DNA from: Pseudodesulfovibrio mercurii
GTDB lineage: Bacteria > Desulfobacterota > Desulfovibrionia > Desulfovibrionales > Desulfovibrionaceae
DNA length: 32,000 bases
Assembly (NCBI RefSeq): GCF_000189295.2
Contig: NC_016803.1
Location: 2,190,001 to 2,222,000 of the forward strand
Direction of reading: 5' to 3'
Positions within the stretch are counted from its first letter, which is position 1; every line of letters begins with the position of its first letter. The translations under genes and the position numbers were made by a program. Below are positions 18,744 to 26,779 of this stretch, piece after piece. Under the pieces are notes generated by a model. It worked only from the letters and a program-made list of their open reading frames with translations, had not been told where the DNA came from and did no database searches.

Positions 18744-19325
18744 ATGGCAACGAGTGTGATCGAAATCTGCAACAACGCCCTGCTGGACCTGGGAGAGGAC
18801 GCGATCATGTCCCTGACGGACGACTCCAAGGCCGCCGGGCTGTGCAACCACCGCTGGCCCGCGGTGCGCGACGCCGTGCTGCGCGCCCACCCGTGGAACT
18901 GCGCCATGGCCCAGGCCGAGCTGGCCGCCGGGACCACGGCCCCCCTGTGGAAATGGGCGTACAAGTTTGTCCTGCCCACGGACTTCCTGCGGATCATCGC
19001 CATCACCGGCGTGGACGGCGAGGACGTCGAGGACTGGGAGATCCAGTCCGGGATCATCCTGTGCGACGAGGAGGCCCCGATCTTCATCGCCTACGTGCGC
19101 CGCGAGACCGACCCCAAGAAGTACGACGCCCTGCTGTCCGAGGCCCTGTCCGCGCGGCTGGCCGCCACCCTGGCCTATCCCCTGTCCGGGTCCACGGCCC
19201 TGGCCCAGTCCTGCTGGAAGACCTACCAGGAGAAGCTGGCCGAGGCGCGCGGCGTGGACGCCCGCGAGGGCGTGCCCGAGTCCGTGACCCCGGCCGGCTG
19301 GCTGGGGGCCAAGCTCGGCGGCTGA
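18744..19325 (+). CDS. Hypothetical protein resembling podovirus adaptor / tail tubular protein A (T7 gp11-like); isolated gene
   Basis: 193 aa from ATG 18744, with GAGG 9 nt upstream; the upstream part of track ORF 18648..19325 was rejected. The N-terminus VIEICNNALLDLGEDAIMSLTDDSKAAGLCNHRWPAVRDAVLRAHPWNCA parallels, from memory, T7 gp11 VNDILASIGEPPVSTLEGD...QSRGWTFN. The length is also similar. Confidence 0.7.
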   Translation: MATSVIEICNNALLDLGEDAIMSLTDDSKAAGLCNHRWPAVRDAVLRAHPWNCAMAQAELAAGTTAPLWKWAYKFVLPTDFLRIIAITGVDGEDVEDWEIQSGIILCDEEAPIFIAYVRRETDPKKYDALLSEALSARLAATLAYPLSGSTALAQSCWKTYQEKLAEARGVDAREGVPESVTPAGWLGAKLGG

Positions 19326-19337
19326 CGAAACAACAAC

Positions 19338-19368
19338 GGCGCGCGGCCCGATCACGGGGCCGCGCGCC
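19338..19368. terminator. Hairpin terminator between convergent genes (gp11-like and rsmB)
   Basis: GGCGCGCGGCCC (19338-19349) pairs with GGGCCGCGCGCC (19357-19368) around a 7-nt loop, giving a perfect 12-bp stem. On the minus strand it is followed by GTTGTTGTTTCG (T-rich), so it best fits an intrinsic terminator for rsmB. Confidence 0.55.
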
Positions 19369-19390
19369 GAAAGATGCCGCAAACCGAAGG

Positions 19391-20665
19391 CTATTTGACG
19401 GACAAGGAAGCGGCGTAAAAGAATTCGTTCAGCGGCGAGTCGGACGGCGTGGTCCACTCGCGCTCGACCGCGACCCGCTCGTGGTCCCCGACGAACCGGG
19501 CGACCAGCCCCTGGTTCTCCTCGGGATTGAGGGTGCAGGTGATGACCGCGATGCGCCCGCCGGGCCGGACCTGTTCCAGGGCGTTGTCCAGGATCTCCCG
19601 CTGCAGCAGGGTCAGGTCGCCGAGGTCGGCGGGCCTGCGCTTCCACTTGGTGTCGGGCCGACGCGAAAGCACGCCCAGCCCCGAGCAGGGCATGTCCAGG
19701 AGGATGGTGCCGGGCACGCGCGGCGGCTCGGCCGTGGCCGCGTTGGCCTCGAATATCTCCACGCCGGGCAGCTCGCGCGAGAGCGCGGCCAGGCGGCCCC
19801 GGTGCGGGTCCGAGGCCAACACGTCGAGCCCCTTTTCCAGCAGGATGCGGGTCTTTCCCCCGCGTCCGGCGCAGGCGTCCCAGACGGGGCCGTCCCACAT
19901 CTCCGGGTCCAGGGCCTCCACGGCCTGGCGCGCGGCGAAGGACTGCCGGGCCAGGGGCGGATCGGGCTCGCCCTCGAAGCTCGTGCCCGCGGGCAGGGCG
20001 AAGCTCATGCCCTCGATGTCGATCAGCTCGGGCCAGCCCGCGATCTCCGCGTACAGGGCGTCCGCCTCGGGGTGACCGAAGAGGTTGAAGCCGAGCGCCG
20101 GGGGCTTGAGCTGGGCCTCCAGGTAGTCCGTGGCCGTCTTTTCCCCGTACTCGCGCCACCACAGGTCCACCAGCCACTGCGGGCAGGCGTACCAGCGGGA
20201 CAGAAATTCGGGCAGGGAGGCGTCCTTGCGGAAGAAGTCCGGGTCGTGGGCGTCGCCGTCCAGCTCGGCCACCCGGCGGAGCACGGCGTTGAACAGCCCG
20301 GCCAGGCGCGCGCCCGGCTTGGACTTGGAGAACTCCACGGCCCAGTCCACCGAGGCGTAGGCCGGGATCTTGTCCAGGAACAGGATCTCGTAGGCGGCCA
20401 CGCCCATGGCCAGACGCATCTTGGGATTGAGCTTGCCGGGGTCCTTGAGGAACCGGGACAGGACGTACTCGATGCGGCCCTTGAGCCGCAGGTAGCCGTA
20501 GCTCAGCTCCGTGGCCAGCCCCAGATCGCGCGGGTCGTCCACGCCCGAGGACAGGGCCGCGTCCAGGGAGGCCTGAATGTCCTGCCTGTTCATGAGACAG
20601 CGGAACAGGGCTTCGAGAGCCACCCGCCTGGCGGCAGGCAGGGGCTTGGGGGAACGTGCTTGCAT
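19391..20665 (-). CDS. rsmB: 16S rRNA (cytosine967-C5)-methyltransferase RsmB/Sun
   Basis: The start was set at ATG 20665 (MQARSPKPLPAARRVALEAL...), giving 424 aa. It has a NusB-like N-terminal domain plus a methyltransferase core with DMPCSGLGVLSRRPDTKWKR. The 75-aa extension in the track ORF is Arg/Gly-rich and overlaps the lipoprotein gene. Confidence 0.9.
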   Translation of the reverse strand: MQARSPKPLPAARRVALEALFRCLMNRQDIQASLDAALSSGVDDPRDLGLATELSYGYLRLKGRIEYVLSRFLKDPGKLNPKMRLAMGVAAYEILFLDKIPAYASVDWAVEFSKSKPGARLAGLFNAVLRRVAELDGDAHDPDFFRKDASLPEFLSRWYACPQWLVDLWWREYGEKTATDYLEAQLKPPALGFNLFGHPEADALYAEIAGWPELIDIEGMSFALPAGTSFEGEPDPPLARQSFAARQAVEALDPEMWDGPVWDACAGRGGKTRILLEKGLDVLASDPHRGRLAALSRELPGVEIFEANAATAEPPRVPGTILLDMPCSGLGVLSRRPDTKWKRRPADLGDLTLLQREILDNALEQVRPGGRIAVITCTLNPEENQGLVARFVGDHERVAVEREWTTPSDSPLNEFFYAASLSVK

Positions 20666-20763
20666 ACCCCGACTCTTACCCGCCGGACACCCCCTTTGGC
20701 AAGGGGGCCGGCCCGACGGCGGCGTGACGAATCCGCGCCGATTCCGCCGCCGGGGGACGATGG

Positions 20764-20955
20764 CTATTCGAAGAGCTTCTTGGCGGCGTTGCCCGCGTCC
20801 TCGGCGGCCTTGTCCATCTGCTGGCCCGCGTCCTGGGCGGCCTTGTCCAGCTTCTTGCCCGTCTTTTCCATGGTCCCTTCCTCGCCGCACCCCAGGCCGA
20901 CGGTCACGAAGGCGAGGAGGCAGGCGACGACAATGATCTTTTTCAGCAGTTTCAT
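20764..20955 (-). CDS. Small lipoprotein with tandem 11-residue amphipathic repeats
   Basis: 63-aa ORF with AAGGA upstream. It has a signal peptide with a lipobox (VTVGLG/C) and a mature part containing LDKAAQDAGQQ / MDKAAEDAGNA. The underlying 26-nt DNA repeat lies at 20791-20816 and 20824-20849, offset by 33 nt. Confidence 0.65.
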   Translation of the reverse strand: MKLLKKIIVVACLLAFVTVGLGCGEEGTMEKTGKKLDKAAQDAGQQMDKAAEDAGNAAKKLFE

Positions 20956-20966
20956 TCAGCTATCCT

Positions 20967-22874
20967 TTATGGTTGACGATTTTCCAGGCGGCAGGCCTGG
21001 CTGTAGTAGGCCGTGCCGAAGGCCATGTCCGTGACCGAGGGGTGGATGATGGCGTTGGCCCCCTGGCCGTATTTCATCCAGCCGCCCCGGCGCATGAGCA
21101 CGGCCCGGGGATGCAGGCCGTCCTCGACCTCCACCCGGACCTGCATGGCCCCGAGGTCGGTGACCAGATATACGTCGCCCTGCGGGTCCAGGACACCCAG
21201 GGCCGGATTGGTCCGTCCGATGCGGACCGTGGGCACGCCGCGCTGGTCCGCCTCGGGGATCTGCGAATGCAGGGACTCGCCGCTCACCACGGTCAGCAGC
21301 TGCAGGGGAAAGTCCGGGTCGGGCGCGGGCTCGGGGTGCAGGGCCTCGGGGAAGCGGTACAGCCCGTCCAGGTGGCCGAAGACCAGGTTCTCGAAGGCCA
21401 CGAAGGGGTGGTTCACCCGGGCGAAGCCGTTCTCCAGCAGCTCGTCGAAGGACACGGCCGAGGCCTTGAGCCCCTCGCGCAGGCAGGTCTCCTCGTCCGG
21501 CAGGCGGACGGGCTCGCGCAGCCGCGACCCCAGGTCGGCCAGGATGTCGAAATCCGGCCGGGCCAGGCCGCGCGGGGGCAGGGCCCGGTCGCAGAGGTTG
21601 ACGTAGTTGTGCACGTAGGAGCCGAGCACGTCGCGCCGCTCGAACATGAGCGCGGGCGGCAGGATGACGTCGGCGCACAGGGCCGTGTCGTTCAGGAACC
21701 CGTCCACCACCACGGTGAACGGCGCGGCCAGGGCCTCGGCCACGGCCAGGCCGTCCGGCACCTGGTTGACCACGTTGTGGCCGTCGATCCAGACGAAGTC
21801 CACGGGCGGGTCGGCCCGGCGCAGCTCCGCGCCCAGGTCCTGCAACAGCAGCCGCCGCCGCGTGGCCGGTGTTTCGCCGCCCTCGATGAGGTGCGCCCAG
21901 GAGCCGAGGTTGCGGCCCGACGAAATGTTGAAGTAGGCCCCGCCGCCGCGCACGCCGATGTTGCCCGAGACCATGGCCACGGCGTTGATGAAGCGGACGT
22001 TCTCCCCGCCGAAGCGGTGGCGCTGCAATCCCCAGCCCACGACGGTGGCCGTGTTGCCGCGCTCGGCGTACCACTCGTAGACCATCTCCGCGTCCTCGGC
22101 CGGGACGTCGCAGGCAGCGCACAGGTCGCGGAACTTCAGGCCGTCCACCAGGCCGCGCAGGGCGGGCCAGTTCGCGGTCCGGGTCAGGACCCACGGGTTG
22201 AGGTCGCCCGCCTCCAGGAAGAGCTTGAGCACGGCGGCCGCCAGGAAACGGTCCGTGCCCGGCCGGATGACCACGTTGACGTCGGAGAACTCGGGCGTGC
22301 CGTCCCCGCCCGGCGAGATGGACAGGACCTCGGTGCCGTGCTTGCGCGCCTGCTTCAGCAGGGCGAGCTGGTGCACGGAGCAGCGGGTCATGTCCCGGCC
22401 CCAGTTGACCACCCGGTCGCTGTTCAGGATGTCCTCGGGGTCATTGTGGTTGAGCACGCCGAAGTCGCGCAGGCAGGCCTCGATGCCGGTGTCGTCGCAG
22501 ACGCAGCCGTACACCGTGGACGCGCCCAGCCGCTCGAAAAAGTTGGTGCTGGCCGTGCCCAGGATGCCCCGGTAGCCGTGGCCGTGCACGTGCAGGATGG
22601 ACTCGGGCACGCGCCGGGCCGCGTCGAGACGGTCCGCGATCAGGCCGAGGGCCGTGTCCCAGTCCGTGGGCTCGAAACCCTCTCCGCGCCGGACGAGCGG
22701 CTCGACCACGCGCTCGTCCGAGTCCAGCCGCCGGAAGTAGCGGGCGCCCTTCTTGCAGCAGAATCCCTTGGTGAACGGGTGTTTCGGGTTGCCCCGGACG
22801 GTCCGCCTCTCGGTGTCCACCAGCAGCGAACAGGCGTCGCCGCAATCCATGGTGCATGCCGTGACGATCTTCAT
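20967..22874 (-). CDS. Molybdopterin (bis-MGD) oxidoreductase family protein, cytoplasmic, substrate unknown
   Basis: 635 aa from ATG 22874; GGGGGA lies 6 nt upstream, whereas ATG 22880 has no spacer. It has an N-terminal Fe-S cluster Cys motif CTMDCGDAC...FCCKKG and MopB-like body motifs. There is no Tat or Sec signal. Confidence 0.88.
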   Translation of the reverse strand: MKIVTACTMDCGDACSLLVDTERRTVRGNPKHPFTKGFCCKKGARYFRRLDSDERVVEPLVRRGEGFEPTDWDTALGLIADRLDAARRVPESILHVHGHGYRGILGTASTNFFERLGASTVYGCVCDDTGIEACLRDFGVLNHNDPEDILNSDRVVNWGRDMTRCSVHQLALLKQARKHGTEVLSISPGGDGTPEFSDVNVVIRPGTDRFLAAAVLKLFLEAGDLNPWVLTRTANWPALRGLVDGLKFRDLCAACDVPAEDAEMVYEWYAERGNTATVVGWGLQRHRFGGENVRFINAVAMVSGNIGVRGGGAYFNISSGRNLGSWAHLIEGGETPATRRRLLLQDLGAELRRADPPVDFVWIDGHNVVNQVPDGLAVAEALAAPFTVVVDGFLNDTALCADVILPPALMFERRDVLGSYVHNYVNLCDRALPPRGLARPDFDILADLGSRLREPVRLPDEETCLREGLKASAVSFDELLENGFARVNHPFVAFENLVFGHLDGLYRFPEALHPEPAPDPDFPLQLLTVVSGESLHSQIPEADQRGVPTVRIGRTNPALGVLDPQGDVYLVTDLGAMQVRVEVEDGLHPRAVLMRRGGWMKYGQGANAIIHPSVTDMAFGTAYYSQACRLENRQP

Positions 22875-23078
22875 GCGCATTCCCCCTGGCCGGGAGAGTG
22901 GAGAATTTGCCCGGAGAGGTCAAATCGTAAATGCCGATGCCCGACCCCACATTTTTCCACCCCCCGGCCCGCCCCCTTGACAGCGGTTTCGATTTAATGC
23001 AGTTGCATTATACAAACGCATTGCGTCGGACGGGACGCGCGGCTAGACTGCACGGCAAGCACTCAGAGAGGTCAAGAC

Positions 23079-23750
23079 ATGGGTATGCCGGACAACCCGT
23101 CCACCAAGGAACGGATATTTTTCGCGGGAATCGCCCAGTTCGCCCGCCACGGATTCGAGGGGGCCACGGTGCGGGACATCTGCGAGGCGGCCGGAACGGC
23201 CAACGCCACGGCCGTGAACTACTACTTCGGGGGCAAGGCGCAACTCTACCGGGCGATCCTGGACGTGGTCTTCGCCGAGAATCGCCGCCGCCGGATGGAG
23301 ACGGAAAAGAACCAGCCGTCCGAGGGGCTCCCGCCCGAGGAAAAACTGCGGCGGTTCCTGACCGTCATGGTCGAGGTGGGGTTCAGCGACGACCCCGTGG
23401 GCAAGGACGTCGTCGCCATCGTGCTCCGGGAGATGACCGCGCCCACCGGGCATCTGGACGCCCTGGTGGAAAATTTCACCCGGCCGGACAACGACGAGCT
23501 GTTCGGAATCATCCGGGAGATACTCGGGCCGGACGCGCCCCACGCCGTGGTCCGGGATTCCCTGGCCAGCGTGGGCGGCCAGCTTTTCTACTACATGGCG
23601 TTCTGGCCGATCTTCAGCCGGGTGTACCCGGAACACCCGGGCGTCGCCGCCTACAGGGAACCGCTCATCGAGCACATCATGCGGTTCTCCATGGCCGGGC
23701 TGCGGGCAACCCGGGAGGCCTTGGGGAAAGGGGGGACCACCCCCCTGTAG
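23079..23750 (+). CDS. TetR/AcrR-family transcriptional regulator
   Basis: 223-aa ORF with AGAGAGG 7 nt upstream. It has the HTH region ERIFFAGIAQFARHGFEGATVRDICEAAGTANATAVNYYFGGKAQLY. Confidence 0.88.
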   Translation: MGMPDNPSTKERIFFAGIAQFARHGFEGATVRDICEAAGTANATAVNYYFGGKAQLYRAILDVVFAENRRRRMETEKNQPSEGLPPEEKLRRFLTVMVEVGFSDDPVGKDVVAIVLREMTAPTGHLDALVENFTRPDNDELFGIIREILGPDAPHAVVRDSLASVGGQLFYYMAFWPIFSRVYPEHPGVAAYREPLIEHIMRFSMAGLRATREALGKGGTTPL

Positions 23751-23765
23751 ACAACAGGAGGGGGT

Positions 23766-24959
23766 ATGACCACACGGCCGAGAAACCACGCCTACGACAA
23801 CCTGCGAACCCTGATGGTCCTGGCCGTCGTGCTGCTGCACGCGGCCTGCGCCTACGCCCCGAGCATCCCCTGGTGGCACGCCCGGGACGCCGAGTCCCCC
23901 CTCTTCGACGTGACCATCCTCACCCTGGACTGCTTTGTCCTGCCGGTACTCTTCTTCATCTCCGGCCTGTTCGCCCACGGCGCGTTCGAGCGCCACGGCA
24001 CGGCGGGCTTCCTGCGCAACAAGCTGCGCAGGCTCGGCCTGCCGGTCCTCATCCTCCCGGTCTTCTACCTGCCCACCATGGTCTATGTCGGCTACCTGCG
24101 CAGGACATCGGAACCACTGAACTTTTTCCAATACTGGCTGCACTGGACCGCGACCCTCGACGACTGGCGGTTCGTGGTCATCACCACCATGCGCCAGGGG
24201 GCCGAGTACGCGGACAAGCTCTCGCCCCACCACCTCTGGTTCATCTCCCTGCTCCTGATCTTCTTCCTCGGATATTCCTTGTGGCGGGCCGTGATCCCGA
24301 CCGCCCGCACCGTGGGGCGCACCCTGCTCATCCCGGCCTCGGCCATGGCCGTGCTCCTCGGGTTCGCGGCCGTCAACCTCCTGGTCCAGGACTGGGCCTG
24401 GGCCCGGCTCGGCCCGTTCGTCCTGTTCCAGCCCACCCGCGTGCCGGTCTACCTCGGCATGTTCGTATTCGGCATCCTTGCCCGGCCGCATATGGACCGT
24501 CCCCGCCCGTTCCCCGGCCCATGGTGGGCGTGGCTGATCCCCTTTGCCGCCGCCACGGCGGGCATCCTGGTCATGGCACGCACCTTCATGACCACCCCGC
24601 CCCCGATCCCGCCGGGCCAGGCCGTGCTCCACGGCGCGCTCAGGGCCGTGGCGGCCGTGGCGGGCGCGGGATGTCTGGTCAACCTCGCCGCATCCCGGCT
24701 GAACCGGCCCTCGACGTGGCGGGAATCCCTGTCCGCCAGCTCCTACGACATCTTCCTGTGGCACATGCCCCTGGTCGTCTTTGTCCAGGCGGCCCTGATA
24801 CAGGCCCCCCTCCCCCTGGCCGCGAAAGGGCTGCTCGCCTTCCTGGCCCCGGCGGGATGCCTCTGGGCCGCCGGCCGGACCGCCGCCCGCACCGGCCCGT
24901 GGCTGTGGGCCGGTCTCCTGGCCGCCCTGTTCCTCGGGTTCTGCCTGGCCACCGGATGA
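23766..24959 (+). CDS. Acyltransferase-3 family integral membrane protein
   Basis: 397-aa ORF with GGAGGG upstream. The N-terminal YDNLRTLMVLAVVLLHAACAY is typical of the family, and there are about 10 hydrophobic segments. It starts 15 nt after the TetR gene, so it is probably co-transcribed. Confidence 0.8.
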   Translation: MTTRPRNHAYDNLRTLMVLAVVLLHAACAYAPSIPWWHARDAESPLFDVTILTLDCFVLPVLFFISGLFAHGAFERHGTAGFLRNKLRRLGLPVLILPVFYLPTMVYVGYLRRTSEPLNFFQYWLHWTATLDDWRFVVITTMRQGAEYADKLSPHHLWFISLLLIFFLGYSLWRAVIPTARTVGRTLLIPASAMAVLLGFAAVNLLVQDWAWARLGPFVLFQPTRVPVYLGMFVFGILARPHMDRPRPFPGPWWAWLIPFAAATAGILVMARTFMTTPPPIPPGQAVLHGALRAVAAVAGAGCLVNLAASRLNRPSTWRESLSASSYDIFLWHMPLVVFVQAALIQAPLPLAAKGLLAFLAPAGCLWAAGRTAARTGPWLWAGLLAALFLGFCLATG

Positions 24960-25274
24960 CCGCGGGACGCCGACAAACGGCCATCCGCGTCGTCAAGCGA
25001 ATTGCGGGCGAGCCCTAGCCGTCCAATGTACAACGCCCAGGGTGCGCCGCGGAAAATCCAGACCTCCGCGTGGATTCAACCACTCGTCGACCCTGGATTT
25101 TGCTTGTGCCCGACAGCCGGCCACCTCTCGGCAGCCTGCCTGATGGGACCGCGTCGGCAACCCGGGGCGTCCCGCCGCGCCGCGCCCCACACTCTTTTTG
25201 ACAATCATACGCGTTTGGTCTAACCAGATTCGGTTCCAGCGACCCTACATCTATCTAAGGATATTGAACGCGAC

Positions 25275-26516
25275 ATGGCGAAAGTACAAAAAATAAAGGG
25301 ATTCGCGGACCTCTTTCCCGAGGAGGCCGCCAAGTACACCTTCATGGAGGCCTGCGCCCGCGAGATATTCTCGCGCTACGGCTTCGGTGAACTGCGCACG
25401 CCCATCCTGGAAAAGACCGAGCTGTTCCAGAAGTCCATCGGCGAGGACACCGACGTGGTCGGCAAGGAGATGTTCACCTTCCCGGACCGCAAGGACCGCT
25501 CCCTGACCATGCGCCCCGAGGCCACGGCGGGCGTGGTCCGCGCGTTCATCGAATCCAAGACCTATCAGCCGGGCAACATCTCGAAATTCTTCACCTTCGG
25601 CCCCATGTTCCGGTACGAGCGCCCGCAGAAGGGCCGCCAGCGCCAGTTCCACCAGATCAATGCCGAGTGCTTCGGGGCGGACGAGCCCCAGGCCGACGCC
25701 GAGCTGATCCTCATGCTGACCGCCTTCCTGCGCCGCATCGGGCTCAGGGACCTGACCGTGGAGCTCAACTCGCTCGGCTGCCACGAGTGCCGCCCGGCCT
25801 ACAAGCAGGCCCTGGTGGACTACTACCACGCCCAGGACAAGGCGAAGTTCTGCGAGGACTGCCAGCGGCGCATGGAGACCAACCCCCTGCGCGTGCTCGA
25901 CTGCAAGGTGCCCACCTGCAAGGAGCTGGTCAAGGACGCCCCGGTCATCACCGACCACCTCTGCCCGGACTGCCGGGCCCACTTCGCGGACGTGCGCGCC
26001 GTGCTGGACGGGGCGGGCGTGGCCTACGTCCTGAACCCCCGCCTGGTGCGCGGCCTGGACTACTACGTGCGGACCTGCTTCGAGGTGACCAGCAACGACA
26101 TCGGGGCCCAGACCTCGGTGGCGGGCGGCGGCCGCTACGACGGGCTGATCAGGAGCCTGGACGGCCCGGACTGCCCCGGCACCGGCTTCGCCTGCGGTAT
26201 GGAGCGCCTCGCCCTGCTGCTCGGCGACGTCGCGCCCGAGGCCCCGGACTTCTACCTGGCCGTGGTCGCCCCGGAGGCGGCAAACGAGGCCATGCTCTTC
26301 GCCCAGGCCCTGCGCAACAAGGGACTCCGGGGCGAAGTCAGCTTCGCGGGCGGGTCCATGAAGTCCCGCATGCGCGCGGCCAACAAGTCCGGCGCCGGGA
26401 CCTGCCTGATCCTGGGCGAGGCCGAGCTGGCCGACAGGACCGTGACCGTCAAGGACATGGCCGGGAACCGGGAACAGGAAACCCTGGACCGGGCCCTGTA
26501 CCTGGCCAGTCTGTAG
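25275..26516 (+). CDS. hisS: Histidine--tRNA ligase
   Basis: 413-aa ORF with class II motifs, including KGFADLFPEE, MFTFPDRKDRSLTMRPEATAGVVRAF and FRYERPQKGRQRQFHQ. Confidence 0.96.
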   Translation: MAKVQKIKGFADLFPEEAAKYTFMEACAREIFSRYGFGELRTPILEKTELFQKSIGEDTDVVGKEMFTFPDRKDRSLTMRPEATAGVVRAFIESKTYQPGNISKFFTFGPMFRYERPQKGRQRQFHQINAECFGADEPQADAELILMLTAFLRRIGLRDLTVELNSLGCHECRPAYKQALVDYYHAQDKAKFCEDCQRRMETNPLRVLDCKVPTCKELVKDAPVITDHLCPDCRAHFADVRAVLDGAGVAYVLNPRLVRGLDYYVRTCFEVTSNDIGAQTSVAGGGRYDGLIRSLDGPDCPGTGFACGMERLALLLGDVAPEAPDFYLAVVAPEAANEAMLFAQALRNKGLRGEVSFAGGSMKSRMRAANKSGAGTCLILGEAELADRTVTVKDMAGNREQETLDRALYLASL

Positions 26517-26529
26517 AGATATTTGGATG

Positions 26530-26752
26530 CCGCCGCGCGGCGGGGTCGGGTGACTTCGCCTCCGGCGGCCAAAGGCCGAGGGCCTTTGGAATCCCGTATG
26601 CGGCGCCGCCGCAAGGTTGTTGAGCTAGGGCCTTCACAGGGCGCCCCCCGCCCGCCGAAGGCGCGACAAACAGTTTTGGAAGATTCTTAAGAGACCTTCA
26701 AAAGGTCTCTTAAGCCGCCGGAGGCAAGCCCCCCGCAGGGGCCGCCGGAGGC
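26530..26752. repeat. Cluster of GC-rich palindromic (REP-like) units in the hisS-aspS spacer
   Basis: Palindrome CCGCCGCGCGGCGG (26530-26543). Hairpin CCAAAGGCC-GAG-GGCCTTTGG (26569-26589). Perfect 11-bp-stem hairpin CTTAAGAGACC-TTCAAAA-GGTCTCTTAAG (26686-26714). The 12-mer GCCGCCGGAGGC occurs at 26714-26725 and 26741-26752, and inverted as GCCTCCGGCGGC at 26558-26569. Confidence 0.6.
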
Positions 26753-26779
26753 CATACAATACGAGACACCGGAGAGAGA

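Noticed and set aside
18425-19390. Prophage or genomic island around the gp11-like gene
   Set aside because: There is no integrase, no tRNA target, no other phage genes and no compositional break visible. Only a weak 13-bp imperfect flank repeat is present. It is treated as an orphan gene, not a mobile element.
20666-20890. 75-aa N-terminal extension of rsmB (track start 20890)
   Set aside because: The extension is Arg/Gly-rich and lacks similarity to the NusB-like N-terminus of RsmB. It overlaps the well-formed lipoprotein gene on the same strand in another frame. ATG 20665 gives a typical 424-aa RsmB.
18690-21034. 495-aa minus ORF (18690..20177) and 730-aa plus ORF (18842..21034)
   Set aside because: They are shadows of the gp11-like gene and rsmB, with Arg/Gly/Pro-rich translations and no motifs.
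22875-23010. Molybdenum cofactor (Moco) riboswitch in the ~130-nt leader of the molybdoenzyme gene
   Set aside because: I could not find the conserved Moco-motif elements by eye. Only a generic CCGGG...CCCGG hairpin is present near the RBS. It would need a covariance-model scan (Rfam Moco_RNA_motif) to settle.
25020-25274. Possible small gene or structured RNA between the acyltransferase gene and hisS
   Set aside because: The inverted repeat AAAATCCAG (25053-25061) / CTGGATTTT (25093-25101) and a TTGACA at 25198 were seen. The only ORF (71 aa, minus strand) is Arg/Gly-rich with no RBS, and the -10 match (TAACCA) is poor. There is insufficient support for a feature call.
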